DNA of 64,000 nt from assembly GCA_020852955.1 (NCBI GenBank), contig JADYZW010000054.1:11139-75138 (forward strand), read 5' to 3'. The notes under the pieces are model-generated. The model was not told the DNA's origin. It worked only from the letters and a program-made list of their open reading frames with translations, and ran no database searches. Position numbers and translations under genes: made by a program. Below are positions 28,728-40,647 of the stretch, piece by piece; position 1 is the first letter of the stretch, and every line of letters starts with the position of its first letter. Origin of the DNA: Deltaproteobacteria bacterium. GTDB lineage: Bacteria > Desulfobacterota > Binatia > UTPRO1.

Positions 28728-30128
28728 CTACAGGTGGATCGCGCGCTTTCCGACGGCCAGCGCCGCTTCCTTGAGCGCCTCGGCCAGGGTCGGGTGGGCA
28801 TGGACGGCGCGGGCGATGTCCTCCGCGGAGGCGCCGAACTCCATGGCGATCGCCGCTTCCGCGATGAGCTCGGAGGCGTGCGGACCGAGCACATGGACGC
28901 CGACGATCCGATCGGTCCGGGCGTCGGCGCACATCTTCACGGAACCCGTGGTCTCGCCGAGGCACCGGGCCCTGGCGTTCGCCTGGAAGGGACACGCGCC
29001 GACGGCGAGAGGGATGCCCTGCTGCGTCGCCTCCTCCTCCGTGAGCCCGACGCTCGCGAGCTCCGGCCACGTGTAGACGACGTTCGGAATCGCGGCGTAG
29101 TTCACGTGCGCCGCGTGTCCGGCCATCATCTCGACCGCGGCCGCGCCCTCCTCCTCCGCCTTGTGCGCGAGCATCGGCCCGGCGATGACGTCGCCGATCG
29201 CGAACACGCCCGCGACGCTCGTTTCGAAGCGCTCGTTCACCACGATCCGACTGCGCTCGTCGAACGCGACGCCGATCTCGCGAGCGCCGAGGCCGTCGAT
29301 ATGGGGGCGGCGCCCGACCGCCACCAGCACGACATCCGCCTCGACCTCCGACGCCTGCCCCTTCGATTCGAGCGTGACCCGCATACCGCCGCCGCTCCGC
29401 TCGGCCTTCACGGCCGCGGTCTGGAGCAGGAACGTCATCCCCTGTTTCTGGAGGGCCTTCTGCAGCACGACGCCCATCTGGTGGTCCATCGTGGACACGA
29501 TGCGATCGAGGAACTCGACGACCGTCACCTTCGCCCCGAGCCGCAGCCACACCGACCCGAGTTCGAGACCGATCGCCCCTCCCCCGATGACGAGAAGGTG
29601 CTTCGGCACCGCCGGCAACGTCAGCGCCTCGGTCGAGCTCACCACGCGCTCGCCGTCGAACGGCACGGCCGACAACGCGCTCGGCTCGCTGCCGCTCGCG
29701 ATCAGGATCCGATCGCCGGCGATCGTCTGCTCGCGATCGCCGGCGCGGACCACCACGCGCCGGGCATCGGCGAAGCGCCCCCGCCCCTTCACCCACTCGA
29801 TCTTGTTCTTCTTGAAGAGGCTGCCGAGGCCGGAGGTCCCGAGCTTCACGACCTTGTCCTTGCGCGCCATCATCGCCGGCAGATCGAGCGTGACGCCGCT
29901 CGTCCCGATGCCATGAACGCCGAGACCGTCCTTGGCCTGATGATAGCGCTCGCTCGAATCGAGGAGCGCCTTGCTCGGAATGCAGCCGACGTTCAAGCAC
30001 GTCCCGCCGAGCGTCGGGTCCTTCTCGACGACGGCGACGCGCATGCCGAGCTGGGACGCGCGGATCGCCGCGACGTACCCGCCCGGACCCGAGCCGATGA
30101 CGATCAGATCGTAGGCTTCGTCCGCCAT
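28728..30128 (-). CDS. lpdA: Dihydrolipoyl dehydrogenase (E3)
   Basis: YDLIVIGSGPGGYVAAIRASQLG, redox disulfide GGTCLNVGCIPSK, C-terminal HAHPTLAEA. The start overlaps the sucB stop (ATGA). Confidence 0.95.
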   Translation of the reverse strand: MADEAYDLIVIGSGPGGYVAAIRASQLGMRVAVVEKDPTLGGTCLNVGCIPSKALLDSSERYHQAKDGLGVHGIGTSGVTLDLPAMMARKDKVVKLGTSGLGSLFKKNKIEWVKGRGRFADARRVVVRAGDREQTIAGDRILIASGSEPSALSAVPFDGERVVSSTEALTLPAVPKHLLVIGGGAIGLELGSVWLRLGAKVTVVEFLDRIVSTMDHQMGVVLQKALQKQGMTFLLQTAAVKAERSGGGMRVTLESKGQASEVEADVVLVAVGRRPHIDGLGAREIGVAFDERSRIVVNERFETSVAGVFAIGDVIAGPMLAHKAEEEGAAAVEMMAGHAAHVNYAAIPNVVYTWPELASVGLTEEEATQQGIPLAVGACPFQANARARCLGETTGSVKMCADARTDRIVGVHVLGPHASELIAEAAIAMEFGASAEDIARAVHAHPTLAEALKEAALAVGKRAIHL

Positions 30129-31501
30129 CACACCTCCAGGAGCAAGCGCGCCGGATCCTCCAGGCGCTCTTTCACGCGTACGAGGAACGTCACCGCCTGC
30201 TCGCCGTCGACGAGCCGGTGATCGTACGACAGCGCGAGGTACATCATCGGCCGCACGACGATCTGATCGTCGACGACGACGGCGCGCTTCTCGATCTTGT
30301 GCATCCCGAGAATGCCGCTTTGCGGCGGGTTCAGGATCGGCGTCGACAACAGCGATCCGTAGACGCCGCCGTTCGAGATGGTGAACGTGCCTCCCGAGAG
30401 ATCGTCGATGCCGAGCTTGCCGTCGCGCGCGAGCCCGGCGAGCCTGAGGATCTCGCGCTCGATCTCCGCGAAGGACATCCGGTGCGCGTTCCGCACGACC
30501 GGCACGACGAGCCCGCGCTCGGTGCCGACGGCGACGCCGAGGTGCACGAAGCGCTTGTAGACCACGGCGTCGCCGCGGATCTCGGCGTTGATCGCCGGAA
30601 CCTCGCCGAGCGCGGCGATGCACGCGCGCGCGAAGAACGACATGAATCCGAGCCCGACGCCGTGCGCCTTCTGGAAGCGGTCCTTGTGGGCGGCGCGCAG
30701 CGCCATGACGGCGCTCAGGTCCACCTCGTTGAAGGTCGTGAGGATCGCGGCCGTGTGCTGCGCCTGGACGAGCCGCTCGGCGATGCGCTTGCGGAGCCGG
30801 CTGAGGGGTACGGCCTCCTCGCCCTCCTTCGCCGCCGGTGCGGGCGCCGGACCGCGCGCCGCGGCCGCGGCGTCTCCCGCCGGCGCCGTCGGAGGCGTCG
30901 CCGGCGGGACGCCACGTTCGAGATGCGCCAGGACGTCGCCCTTGGTGAGCCGGCCGCCCTTGCCCGACGCGGAGATCTCGGCGGGATCGAGCGCGTGCTC
31001 GTCGATCAGATGTCGGACCGCGGGACTGAGCGGCCCCACCGGTCGCGCCGACGCTCCGGCGGGGGGAGGCGCGCTCGGGACCGGCGAGGGCGCGGCGGCC
31101 GACGGAAGCCGACCCGCCGCCGGAGACGGAGTCACGGCCGGTGACGGGGTCACGGCCGGAGACGGGGTCACGGCCGGTGACGGGGTCACGGCCGGTGACG
31201 GGGTCACGGTCGGCGGCGGGACCGACGCCGGCCTCGCGAGCGCGTCCGGCGACGCGGGGGATCCGCGCCCGATCTCGACCCGCGCGACGACCTCGCCGAC
31301 CGTCACCGTCGCTCCCGCCTCCTTCATGATGCGCAGCACGCCGCCCTGCTCGGCGGCGATCTCCATGCTCGCCTTGTCGGTCTCGAGCTCGAGCAGGATC
31401 TCGTCGCGCTCCACCCGCTCGCCGTCGCGCTTCGCCCAGCGCACGATGACCCCTTCGGTCACCGATTCGCCAAGCGTCGGAATCCGCACCTCGAACGCCA
31501 T
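30128..31501 (-). CDS. sucB: Dihydrolipoamide succinyltransferase (E2 of 2-oxoglutarate dehydrogenase)
   Basis: Lipoyl domain [13 protein letters not shown]-rich linker, E3-binding [11 protein letters not shown].., catalytic domain with SYDHRLVDG. Confidence 0.93.
   Translation of the reverse strand: MAFEVRIPTLGESVTEGVIVRWAKRDGERVERDEILLELETDKASMEIAAEQGGVLRIMKEAGATVTVGEVVARVEIGRGSPASPDALARPASVPPPTVTPSPAVTPSPAVTPSPAVTPSPAVTPSPAAGRLPSAAAPSPVPSAPPPAGASARPVGPLSPAVRHLIDEHALDPAEISASGKGGRLTKGDVLAHLERGVPPATPPTAPAGDAAAAARGPAPAPAAKEGEEAVPLSRLRKRIAERLVQAQHTAAILTTFNEVDLSAVMALRAAHKDRFQKAHGVGLGFMSFFARACIAALGEVPAINAEIRGDAVVYKRFVHLGVAVGTERGLVVPVVRNAHRMSFAEIEREILRLAGLARDGKLGIDDLSGGTFTISNGGVYGSLLSTPILNPPQSGILGMHKIEKRAVVVDDQIVVRPMMYLALSYDHRLVDGEQAVTFLVRVKERLEDPARLLLEV
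31121..31220 (-). repeat. 18-bp tandem repeat (about 5 copies) encoding (TPSPAV)n in the sucB lipoyl-domain linker
   Basis: gtcacggccggtgacggg reiterated with 1-nt variants. Protein: [32 protein letters not shown]. Confidence 0.9.
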
Positions 31502-31638
31502 ACCGTCGTGTCCTCTCTCCGGCTCCGGCTCCGGCTCCGGCCCGCGCCGGCGTCCTTCGCGCCGCGCCACACGCGCCGCCGGCGACAGCGCACGGAGCCC
31601 GCCCGCGCGCCCGCGCCGGCACCTCGTGGGCTACGCTC

Positions 31639-34431
<2,793 letters not shown>

Positions 34432-34522
34432 GGTTCCTTCCTTTTAGCCGCTCGGGATCGCGCCCGCTACCGCGGTCGCGCGGAGTTCATTCGACGAAAC
34501 GTCTTCTGGTACACTCCGCGCC

Positions 34523-35770
34523 ATGGCCAGAAGCACCTCGAGCGACGTCGTCGCGCTGATCCTCGCCGGCGGCGAAGGGAAGCGCCTCTACCCTCTGACC
34601 CGCGACCGGGCCAAGCCCGCCGTTCCCTTCGGCGGCCGCTACCGCATCATCGATTTCGTCCTCTCCAACTTCGTCAACTCCGGCATCTCCAAGATCAGCG
34701 TGCTCACCCAGTACAAGGCGGGCTCGCTCATGCAGCACCTGGCGCGCGGATGGCAGCTGGCGCCGCAGCTCGGGCACTACGTGGCGCCCGTCCCGGCGTC
34801 CATGAACGTCGGTCCGCAGTGGTTCCGCGGCAGCGCCGACGCCGTCTTCCAGAACCTCGACGTGCTCGAGAACGAGCAGCCGCGCGAGGTCTGCGTCTTC
34901 GGCGCCGACCACATCTACCAAATGGACGTCTGCCAGATGCTCGACTTCCATCGCGCGCGCGGCGCCGACGTGACCGTCGCGGTGATCCCGGTGCCGGCGA
35001 CCGACATGGACCAGTTCGGCATCGTCGACTGTAACGCGGCGGGCGCCATCGTCGGCTTCCGCGAGAAGCCGCCCGTCGACGCCGGCGCGACCGGCACGCG
35101 GCTCGCGTCGATGGGCCTCTACGTCTTCGGCTGCGCGGCGCTCGTACGCGCGGTGACCGCCGATGCCGAGCGCACCGACTCCTCGCACGACTTCGGGAAG
35201 GACGTGCTGCCGCGCATGGTCGAGAGCTCGGCGACCGTCGTCGCCTACGATTTCTCGGCCAACACGATCCCCGACATGCACGACGGCCAACGCGGCTACT
35301 GGCGCGACGTCGGCACGATCGACATGTACTGGCGGACGTCCGAAGACCTGATCTCGATCACCCCGCTCCTGAACCTCTACAACCCGCGTTGGCCGACGCT
35401 CTCCGCCTACTATCCGCACCCGCCGGCGAAGTTCGTCTTCGCCGACCCCGAAGGCCAGCGGCGCGGCATCGCGATCGACTCGATGGTGTCGGAGGGGTGC
35501 ATCATCAGCGGCGGCCACGTGGAGCGGTCGATCCTGAGCCCGCGCGTGCGCGTGAACAGCTACGCCCACGTGCAGGAATCCATCCTCTTCGACGGCGTCG
35601 AGGTCGGCCGGCACGCCCGCATCCGGCGGGCGATCATCGACAAGGGCGTCACCGTACCGCCCAGGATGACCATCGGCTACGATCCGGCCGAGGACCGGCG
35701 CCGTTTCACGGTGAGCGAGGGCGGCGTGGTCGTCGTGCCGAAGAACGCCGACCTCGCCGCGCTGCGATGA
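34523..35770 (+). CDS. glgC: Glucose-1-phosphate adenylyltransferase
   Basis: ALILAGGEGKRLYPLTRDRAKPAVPFGGRYRIIDFVLSNFVNSGI.., GSADAV, left-handed beta-helix C-terminal domain. Confidence 0.93.
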   Translation: MARSTSSDVVALILAGGEGKRLYPLTRDRAKPAVPFGGRYRIIDFVLSNFVNSGISKISVLTQYKAGSLMQHLARGWQLAPQLGHYVAPVPASMNVGPQWFRGSADAVFQNLDVLENEQPREVCVFGADHIYQMDVCQMLDFHRARGADVTVAVIPVPATDMDQFGIVDCNAAGAIVGFREKPPVDAGATGTRLASMGLYVFGCAALVRAVTADAERTDSSHDFGKDVLPRMVESSATVVAYDFSANTIPDMHDGQRGYWRDVGTIDMYWRTSEDLISITPLLNLYNPRWPTLSAYYPHPPAKFVFADPEGQRRGIAIDSMVSEGCIISGGHVERSILSPRVRVNSYAHVQESILFDGVEVGRHARIRRAIIDKGVTVPPRMTIGYDPAEDRRRFTVSEGGVVVVPKNADLAALR

Positions 35771-36354
35771 CCCTTCGGCGCGCGATCTTCGCGGCCGCGC
35801 CGGCGGCGATGGCGCTCGCCGCGCTCGCCCGCGCGGCGGCGGCGATGACGGTCCTCCCCGTCGATCTGCCGGCGATGACGGGACAGGCCGAGCGCATCTT
35901 CGTGGGGCGGGTCGAGCGCGTCACGACCGGGCGCGACGCGCACGGGCTTCCGGCGATCTGGACGACCTTTCGCGTCACCGAACGCTTGAAGGGGCCGGCC
36001 GAGGACGCCGTCACCGTGAAGCAGCTCGGAACGAGCCTCGGCGCGGACGACGCCGGCGTGCTCCCGCACCCCGCGCTCCCGCGCTACCGCGTCGGCGAAG
36101 CGGTCGTCCTCTTCGTGCGCCCCGAGAGCGCGCTCGGCTTCACGAGCCCGGTCGGCCTCGGCCAGGGGTGCTTCCACGTCCGCGGCCGAGACAACGCGGC
36201 CGTCGTCGAGAACGACGTCGGCAACCACAACCTCGCGGCGCCGACCGCGCCGCGGACGCTCGCGGCGCCGGAGGCCGCCGCCGCGCCGCCCGCCCCCCTG
36301 CCGCTCGACGCCTTCCTCGCCCGGGTGCGCGGGCTCGTCGACGCGGAGCGCTGA
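35767..36354 (+). CDS. Secreted hypothetical protein
   Basis: The ATG overlaps the glgC stop (ATGA). Signal-like MTLRRAIFAAAPAAMALAALARAAAA. No family recognised. Confidence 0.5.
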   Translation: MTLRRAIFAAAPAAMALAALARAAAAMTVLPVDLPAMTGQAERIFVGRVERVTTGRDAHGLPAIWTTFRVTERLKGPAEDAVTVKQLGTSLGADDAGVLPHPALPRYRVGEAVVLFVRPESALGFTSPVGLGQGCFHVRGRDNAAVVENDVGNHNLAAPTAPRTLAAPEAAAAPPAPLPLDAFLARVRGLVDAER

Positions 36355-36360
36355 GGTCGC

Positions 36361-38508
36361 GTGCGCGAACGACTCGCTCTCGCCGGCGCGCTGGCGCTGC
36401 TCGCGCTCTCGGCGGCGCCCGGCCTCGCCGCGGGCCCGATCTTCGTCGCCGACGACGGCGCGCCGCTCGTATGGCGGATTCGCCCGGTCCCGTGGAGCTC
36501 GGACCGCGGCGGCCTCGGCGTGCTCGACGAAGCGGCGGCTCGCCAGCTCGTCGCGGACGGCTTCGCGGTCTGGGCCGCCGTGCCGACTGCCGACATCGCC
36601 TTCGCCGCCGCCGGCGCGCTGCCGGTGGACGTCGGCGCACCCGACGTCGGCCGGTTCGTCGGCGTCTGCGACGACGGCGTCAGCCCGATCGTCTTCGACA
36701 CCGACGGCGCGATCACCGACGCGCTCTTCGGTGCCGGCGCATCGGGCTCCATCCTCGGGTTCGCGGGCCCCGAGTGCGGCACCTTCTCTCCGCCCGAGAT
36801 CACCGAAGCCTCGGCCGTCCTCAACGGGAAGTTCATCGACGGCGTCGCCAGCGCTGGCAACGCCGAGGTGAGCCTCGACGTCTTCCGCGGCGTGATGATC
36901 CACGAGCTCGGCCACTACGTGAACCTCGACCACTCGCAGATCAACCTCCTCGAGGCGTTCGACGGCGCGTCGGCCGGCGACGACGCCATCGCAACGATGT
37001 TCCCCTTCGTCGTGAGCGGTCCTGAGATGGCGACGCTCGCCCGCGACGACGAGGCGTCGCTCTCGGGGCTCTACCCGGCCGACGATTTCGCCGCGACGAC
37101 CGCGGCCATCACGGGCGAGGTCCGCCGCGGGGACACCGACGCGCCCTTCCGCGGCGCGTTCGTGATCGCCCGCAACGTCGAGGATCCGCGGCGCGACGCG
37201 GTCGGCTGGGTGTCGGGCGCACGCCACGTGCCGGGCAGCAGCGCGCCGGACGCCGCCGCGCTCGCCGGCGCCTACGAACTCGCGGGCCTGACGCCCGGCG
37301 CTCGCTACACGATCGAGGTCGAAGCCGTGTCGCCGCTCTTCGCCGGCGGATCCTCCGTCGGCCCGCTGAGTCCGCCACCGACGCTGCCGGGTCCGCCGGA
37401 GCGGTGGAGCGGCGGCGACGAAGCCGCGACGAATCCCCCCGACGACCCGACCGCGTCCGGCGTCGAGATCCCCGTCGCCGCGGGCGACCTGGTGAGCGGC
37501 GTCGACGTGGTCCTGAACGTCACCCTGCCCCCGCCGAACGACGCCTGCGGCGCCGCGACCGACGTCACGAGCTTCCCCTTCACGACCACGATCGAGACGC
37601 GCCTCGCGACGAGCGCGGCCGGCGATCCGACGCCGCGCTGCCTCGCCGCCCCGAATCCGAAGGCGTCGAAAAGCGTCTGGTTCCGTCTCGCCTCGCCGCT
37701 CGCCGGCACGCTGACCCTCTCCACGGCCGGCAGCGACTACGACACGGTGCTCACCGCCTGGACCGGAACCTGCGGCAGCCTCGCGGGCGTCGCCTGCAAC
37801 GACGACGGCCCGAGCGGTCTCGCGGCCGGCGTCACCCTGCCGATCGCCGCGGAAACGCCGTACCTGGTCGCCGTCACGGACTTCGCATCGACGGGCGGCA
37901 CGCTGGTCTTCACCGCAACCTTCGAGCTCGCCCCGACGCCCGCATGCCGCGCCGACGCGCCCGGCGAGTGCATCCCCGGCAGCGGCGCGCCGCGGACCGA
38001 CTGCGTCACCGAGTGGCTCGTGCAGCCTGTCCCGCCGCTCGCGAGCACCCGTCCCGGCACGCGCTACGCTCCGAGCTACCGCGCGAGCTGCCGCGACGGC
38101 GACCCGCGCTGCGACTTCGACGGCAGCGCCACCAAGAACGGGCGCTGCGTCTTCCACGTCGCGATCTGCGCCAATAACGTCGACCCGCGCCCCGCCGCCC
38201 GACGCTGCGTCCCGTCGACGCTCGACGAATATTACCTGCTCGCGCCGAGCGTCGAGCGGCCGCGCGACGCGGTCGACGCCGCGAACGCGGCGACGCTGCT
38301 CGCGGCGGTGGCGGGCCTCGGCGTCCCACCCGCACCGACGGTCGCCGCCGGCCGCGTAGCGTTCAGCCCCGCGCTCGCGACGCTCGATCGCTGCACGACG
38401 CTGCAGCCGATCGTCGTCCCAGTCGGAACGCGCGTGCTGCGGAGCCGCGCGCTCACCCCGGGCGCGCGGAGCGACACGGACCAGCTCCGCTTGCGCTGCC
38501 TGAAGTAG
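36361..38508 (+). CDS. Secreted multidomain zinc metalloprotease (metzincin/matrixin-like) with a beta-sandwich domain, an NDxC...CNDD module and a 10-Cys C-terminal module
   Basis: Signal peptide ..LALSAAPGLAAG. HELGHYVNLDHS (HExxHxxxxxH) plus a Met-turn-like ATMFP. ITGEVRR..YTIEVEAV (CarboxypepD_reg-like). NDACGAA..DTVLTAWTGTCGSLAGVACNDD. Confidence 0.75.
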   Translation: MRERLALAGALALLALSAAPGLAAGPIFVADDGAPLVWRIRPVPWSSDRGGLGVLDEAAARQLVADGFAVWAAVPTADIAFAAAGALPVDVGAPDVGRFVGVCDDGVSPIVFDTDGAITDALFGAGASGSILGFAGPECGTFSPPEITEASAVLNGKFIDGVASAGNAEVSLDVFRGVMIHELGHYVNLDHSQINLLEAFDGASAGDDAIATMFPFVVSGPEMATLARDDEASLSGLYPADDFAATTAAITGEVRRGDTDAPFRGAFVIARNVEDPRRDAVGWVSGARHVPGSSAPDAAALAGAYELAGLTPGARYTIEVEAVSPLFAGGSSVGPLSPPPTLPGPPERWSGGDEAATNPPDDPTASGVEIPVAAGDLVSGVDVVLNVTLPPPNDACGAATDVTSFPFTTTIETRLATSAAGDPTPRCLAAPNPKASKSVWFRLASPLAGTLTLSTAGSDYDTVLTAWTGTCGSLAGVACNDDGPSGLAAGVTLPIAAETPYLVAVTDFASTGGTLVFTATFELAPTPACRADAPGECIPGSGAPRTDCVTEWLVQPVPPLASTRPGTRYAPSYRASCRDGDPRCDFDGSATKNGRCVFHVAICANNVDPRPAARRCVPSTLDEYYLLAPSVERPRDAVDAANAATLLAAVAGLGVPPAPTVAAGRVAFSPALATLDRCTTLQPIVVPVGTRVLRSRALTPGARSDTDQLRLRCLK

Positions 38509-38515
38509 CGCGGCG

Positions 38516-39541
38516 TCAGCCGGCGATGTCGAGCCGGCGGCGCCCCGCCGCCGACGGCGGCCGGAAGCTCGCGCACTCGAGGCCCCGGTCGCGCAGGCGC
38601 TTGTAGAGCGTCGGGCGGCTCACGCCGAGCTCGTGGGCCGCGCGCGTCACGTTGCCGCCGCAGCGGCGGAGGCACGCGACGAGCTCGGCGGCGCCGGGCC
38701 CGCCGACGCTCCGGGCGCTGCGCGCCGCGAGCGCGAGGCGCACGTCGGCGGCGCCGATCTCCGCGCCGTCGGCGTAGAGCACGACCTCGCGGACGACGTT
38801 CTCGAGCTCGCGCACGTTGCCCGGCCACGCGTAGGCGGCGAGCGTCCGGCGGGCGGGCTCGTCGAGCGCGAGCCCGGGCCGGCCGAGGTCGCGCGCCGTC
38901 CGCGCCGCGATCCGATCGGCGAGCGCCATCACGTCGTCGGCGCGGTCGCGGAGCGGCGGCACCTCGATGACGACGCCGCTCAGGCGGTAGTAGCAGTCGG
39001 CGCGGAACGCGCCGCGCTCGACGAGGTCACGGAGATCGCGGTTCGTCGCCGCGACCACGCGCACGTCGACGACGACCGGCCGATCGGCGCCCACCCGCTG
39101 CGCCTCGCCCTCCTGGAGCAGGCGCAGGAGCTTGCACTGGAGGGACGGCGGCAGCTCGCCGATCTCGTCGAGGAAGAGCGTGCCGCCATCGGCCTCGGCC
39201 GCGCGACCGAGCCGCCGGCCGATCGCTCCCGTGAACGCGCCGCGTTCGTGTCCGAAGAGCTCGGCGTCGATGAGCTCGGCCGACAGCGCGCCGCAGTTCA
39301 CCGGCACGAAGGGACCGTGGCGGCGCAGACCGTCGGCGTGGATCGCGCGCGCCAGCAGCTCCTTTCCCGTACCGGTCTCGCCCTGGAGTAGGACGGGCAC
39401 CTCCGTCGGCGCGACCCGCGCCACCCGCGCGCGCAACCGTTCCATCGCCGGGCTCCCGCCGACCAGCCGCGCGAGACCGCCCGCCACCGGGCCGCGCGGC
39501 GCCGCGGTTCGCGCCTCTTCGAGTGCCGTCAGCGTCGCCAT
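38516..39541 (-). CDS. Sigma-54-dependent transcriptional activator consisting only of AAA+ and Fis-type HTH domains (no sensory/REC domain)
   Basis: ATG at 39541. GSPAM, Walker A GETGTGKE, ERGAFTGA (GAFTGA loop), LFLDEIGELP, WPGNVRELEN, C-terminal GNVTRAAHELGVSRPTLYKRL. Confidence 0.85.
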   Translation of the reverse strand: MATLTALEEARTAAPRGPVAGGLARLVGGSPAMERLRARVARVAPTEVPVLLQGETGTGKELLARAIHADGLRRHGPFVPVNCGALSAELIDAELFGHERGAFTGAIGRRLGRAAEADGGTLFLDEIGELPPSLQCKLLRLLQEGEAQRVGADRPVVVDVRVVAATNRDLRDLVERGAFRADCYYRLSGVVIEVPPLRDRADDVMALADRIAARTARDLGRPGLALDEPARRTLAAYAWPGNVRELENVVREVVLYADGAEIGAADVRLALAARSARSVGGPGAAELVACLRRCGGNVTRAAHELGVSRPTLYKRLRDRGLECASFRPPSAAGRRRLDIAG

Positions 39542-39661
39542 CGCGACGCACGCTACGCGTCGGCCCCGCGCCGACGCAACGCGACGAGTAGCCGTCGCCG
39601 TCGCCCGCCGCCTCCTCGAGCGGCTCCCGCCGCCCCGGCGCAAAATTCCACCTTGACTACG

Positions 39662-39677
39662 TGGTCAGCGGAAAGCA
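39662..39677 (+). promoter_or_regulatory. Sigma-54 (-24/-12)-like element upstream of the Cys-rich protein gene
   Basis: TGGTCAGCGGAAAGCA has GG and GC at exactly the consensus spacing of TGGCACG-N4-TTGCA. Caveat: the GC is only about 20 nt from the ATG at 39696, so the predicted start site would fall in or next to the GGGGAGGAGG RBS. Confidence 0.3.
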
Positions 39678-39695
39678 TTTCGAGGGGAGGAGGAT

Positions 39696-40586
39696 ATGCC
39701 CATGAAGCGCCGTTCGTCGCTCTTCGTCGCCGCCGTCGCGCTCCTCGTCGGGAGCGCCACCTTCGCCACCGCCGGAGCCAGGCCGTGCCTGCGGGAAGCC
39801 AAGCGTGATGCCAAAGATTGTGCCGCGGACTGCAAGGAAGCCCTGCAGACCGCCAAGGACGCCTGCCTCAATCGCGACCACGCGTGCGTCGAAGTCTGTC
39901 GCGCCAACCGGTCGCAGTGCCGGCTCGACAGCGGCTTCGACGCCGCGATCGACGCGTGCAACGACACCCTCGAGGCACGCCGCGCGACGTGCCGTGCCGA
40001 GAACCCCCCCGGCGACGACCGCGATGTCTGCGTCGATCGGGCGCAGGTCGACGCGTTCGAGTGCCGCGACGCCGCACGCGAGCTCGCACGGCCGTTGCTG
40101 AAGCAGTGCCGCAAGGACTTCCGCGCCTGCGCCAAGGCCTGTCCGGCGCCCGCGCCGGCGGATCCTGCGGTCGACGCGAAGCAGTGCATCCGCGACGCCA
40201 ACGCGGCCGCCAAGGCCTGCGGCGCCGCCTGCCGCGAGGAATACCAGGGCGCGAAGGACGACTGCCGCCATCGCGATCACGAGTGCATGGAAGGATGTCG
40301 CGCCGAACGCACCGCCTGCCGGGCCCCGGTGCGGGCCGAGTTCGACGCCGATCTCGCGGCCTGCGCCGCCGCGCGCGCGACCGGCATCGCCGACTGCGCG
40401 ACGCAGTTCCCGTTGCCGCGCGACGAGGCCGCGGCGATCGCCTTCGATCAGTGTGTCGACGCGGTGCAGGTGACGGCGTTCGTCTGCCGCGACGACGCGC
40501 ACGAGGAAGCACGGCCGGGGCTCGTCGCGTGCCGGCAGGCGTTCCGCGCCTGCGTCGACACCACCTGCCCGGTGCTGCCGGAGTAA
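39696..40586 (+). CDS. Secreted, internally duplicated cysteine-rich protein (28 Cys, 14 per half), no recognised family
   Basis: Strong RBS GGGGAGGAGG. Signal peptide MKRRSSLFVAAVALLVGSATFATAGA. The two halves align: ..CLREAKRDAKDCAADCKEALQTAKDACLNRDHACVEVCRANRSQCR.. and ..CIRDANAAAKACGAACREEYQGAKDDCRHRDHECMEGCRAERTACR... Confidence 0.65.
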   Translation: MPMKRRSSLFVAAVALLVGSATFATAGARPCLREAKRDAKDCAADCKEALQTAKDACLNRDHACVEVCRANRSQCRLDSGFDAAIDACNDTLEARRATCRAENPPGDDRDVCVDRAQVDAFECRDAARELARPLLKQCRKDFRACAKACPAPAPADPAVDAKQCIRDANAAAKACGAACREEYQGAKDDCRHRDHECMEGCRAERTACRAPVRAEFDADLAACAAARATGIADCATQFPLPRDEAAAIAFDQCVDAVQVTAFVCRDDAHEEARPGLVACRQAFRACVDTTCPVLPE

Positions 40587-40592
40587 CGTCCC

Positions 40593-40624
40593 CCGGGGAG
40601 GCCGGCGCGCGCCGGCCTCCCCGG
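40593..40624. terminator. Perfect 32-nt palindrome between convergent genes (bidirectional terminator-like hairpin)
   Basis: CCGGGGAGGCCGGCGC|GCGCCGGCCTCCCCGG, located 7 nt after the stop at 40586 and 24 nt from the stop of the minus-strand gene at 40648. Confidence 0.55.
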
Positions 40625-40647
40625 ACCCTTCAACGGTCCCCCCGGCA

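Noticed and set aside
28728-31622. 964-aa ORF suggesting an E2-E3 fusion; 44605-46191 (528 aa) and 45378-47222 (614 aa) suggesting fused reductases
   Set aside because: In each case only the C-terminal part is a real protein (lpdA, SDR, SDR). The N-terminal part is an out-of-frame read over the upstream gene, and real starts with ATGA/GTGA overlaps are present.
35677-38157. 826-aa minus-strand ORF; also 36084-36860 (-), 36168-37025 (+) and 37404-38177 (+)
   Set aside because: Shadow frames over the metzincin gene. No motifs, and arginine-dominated.
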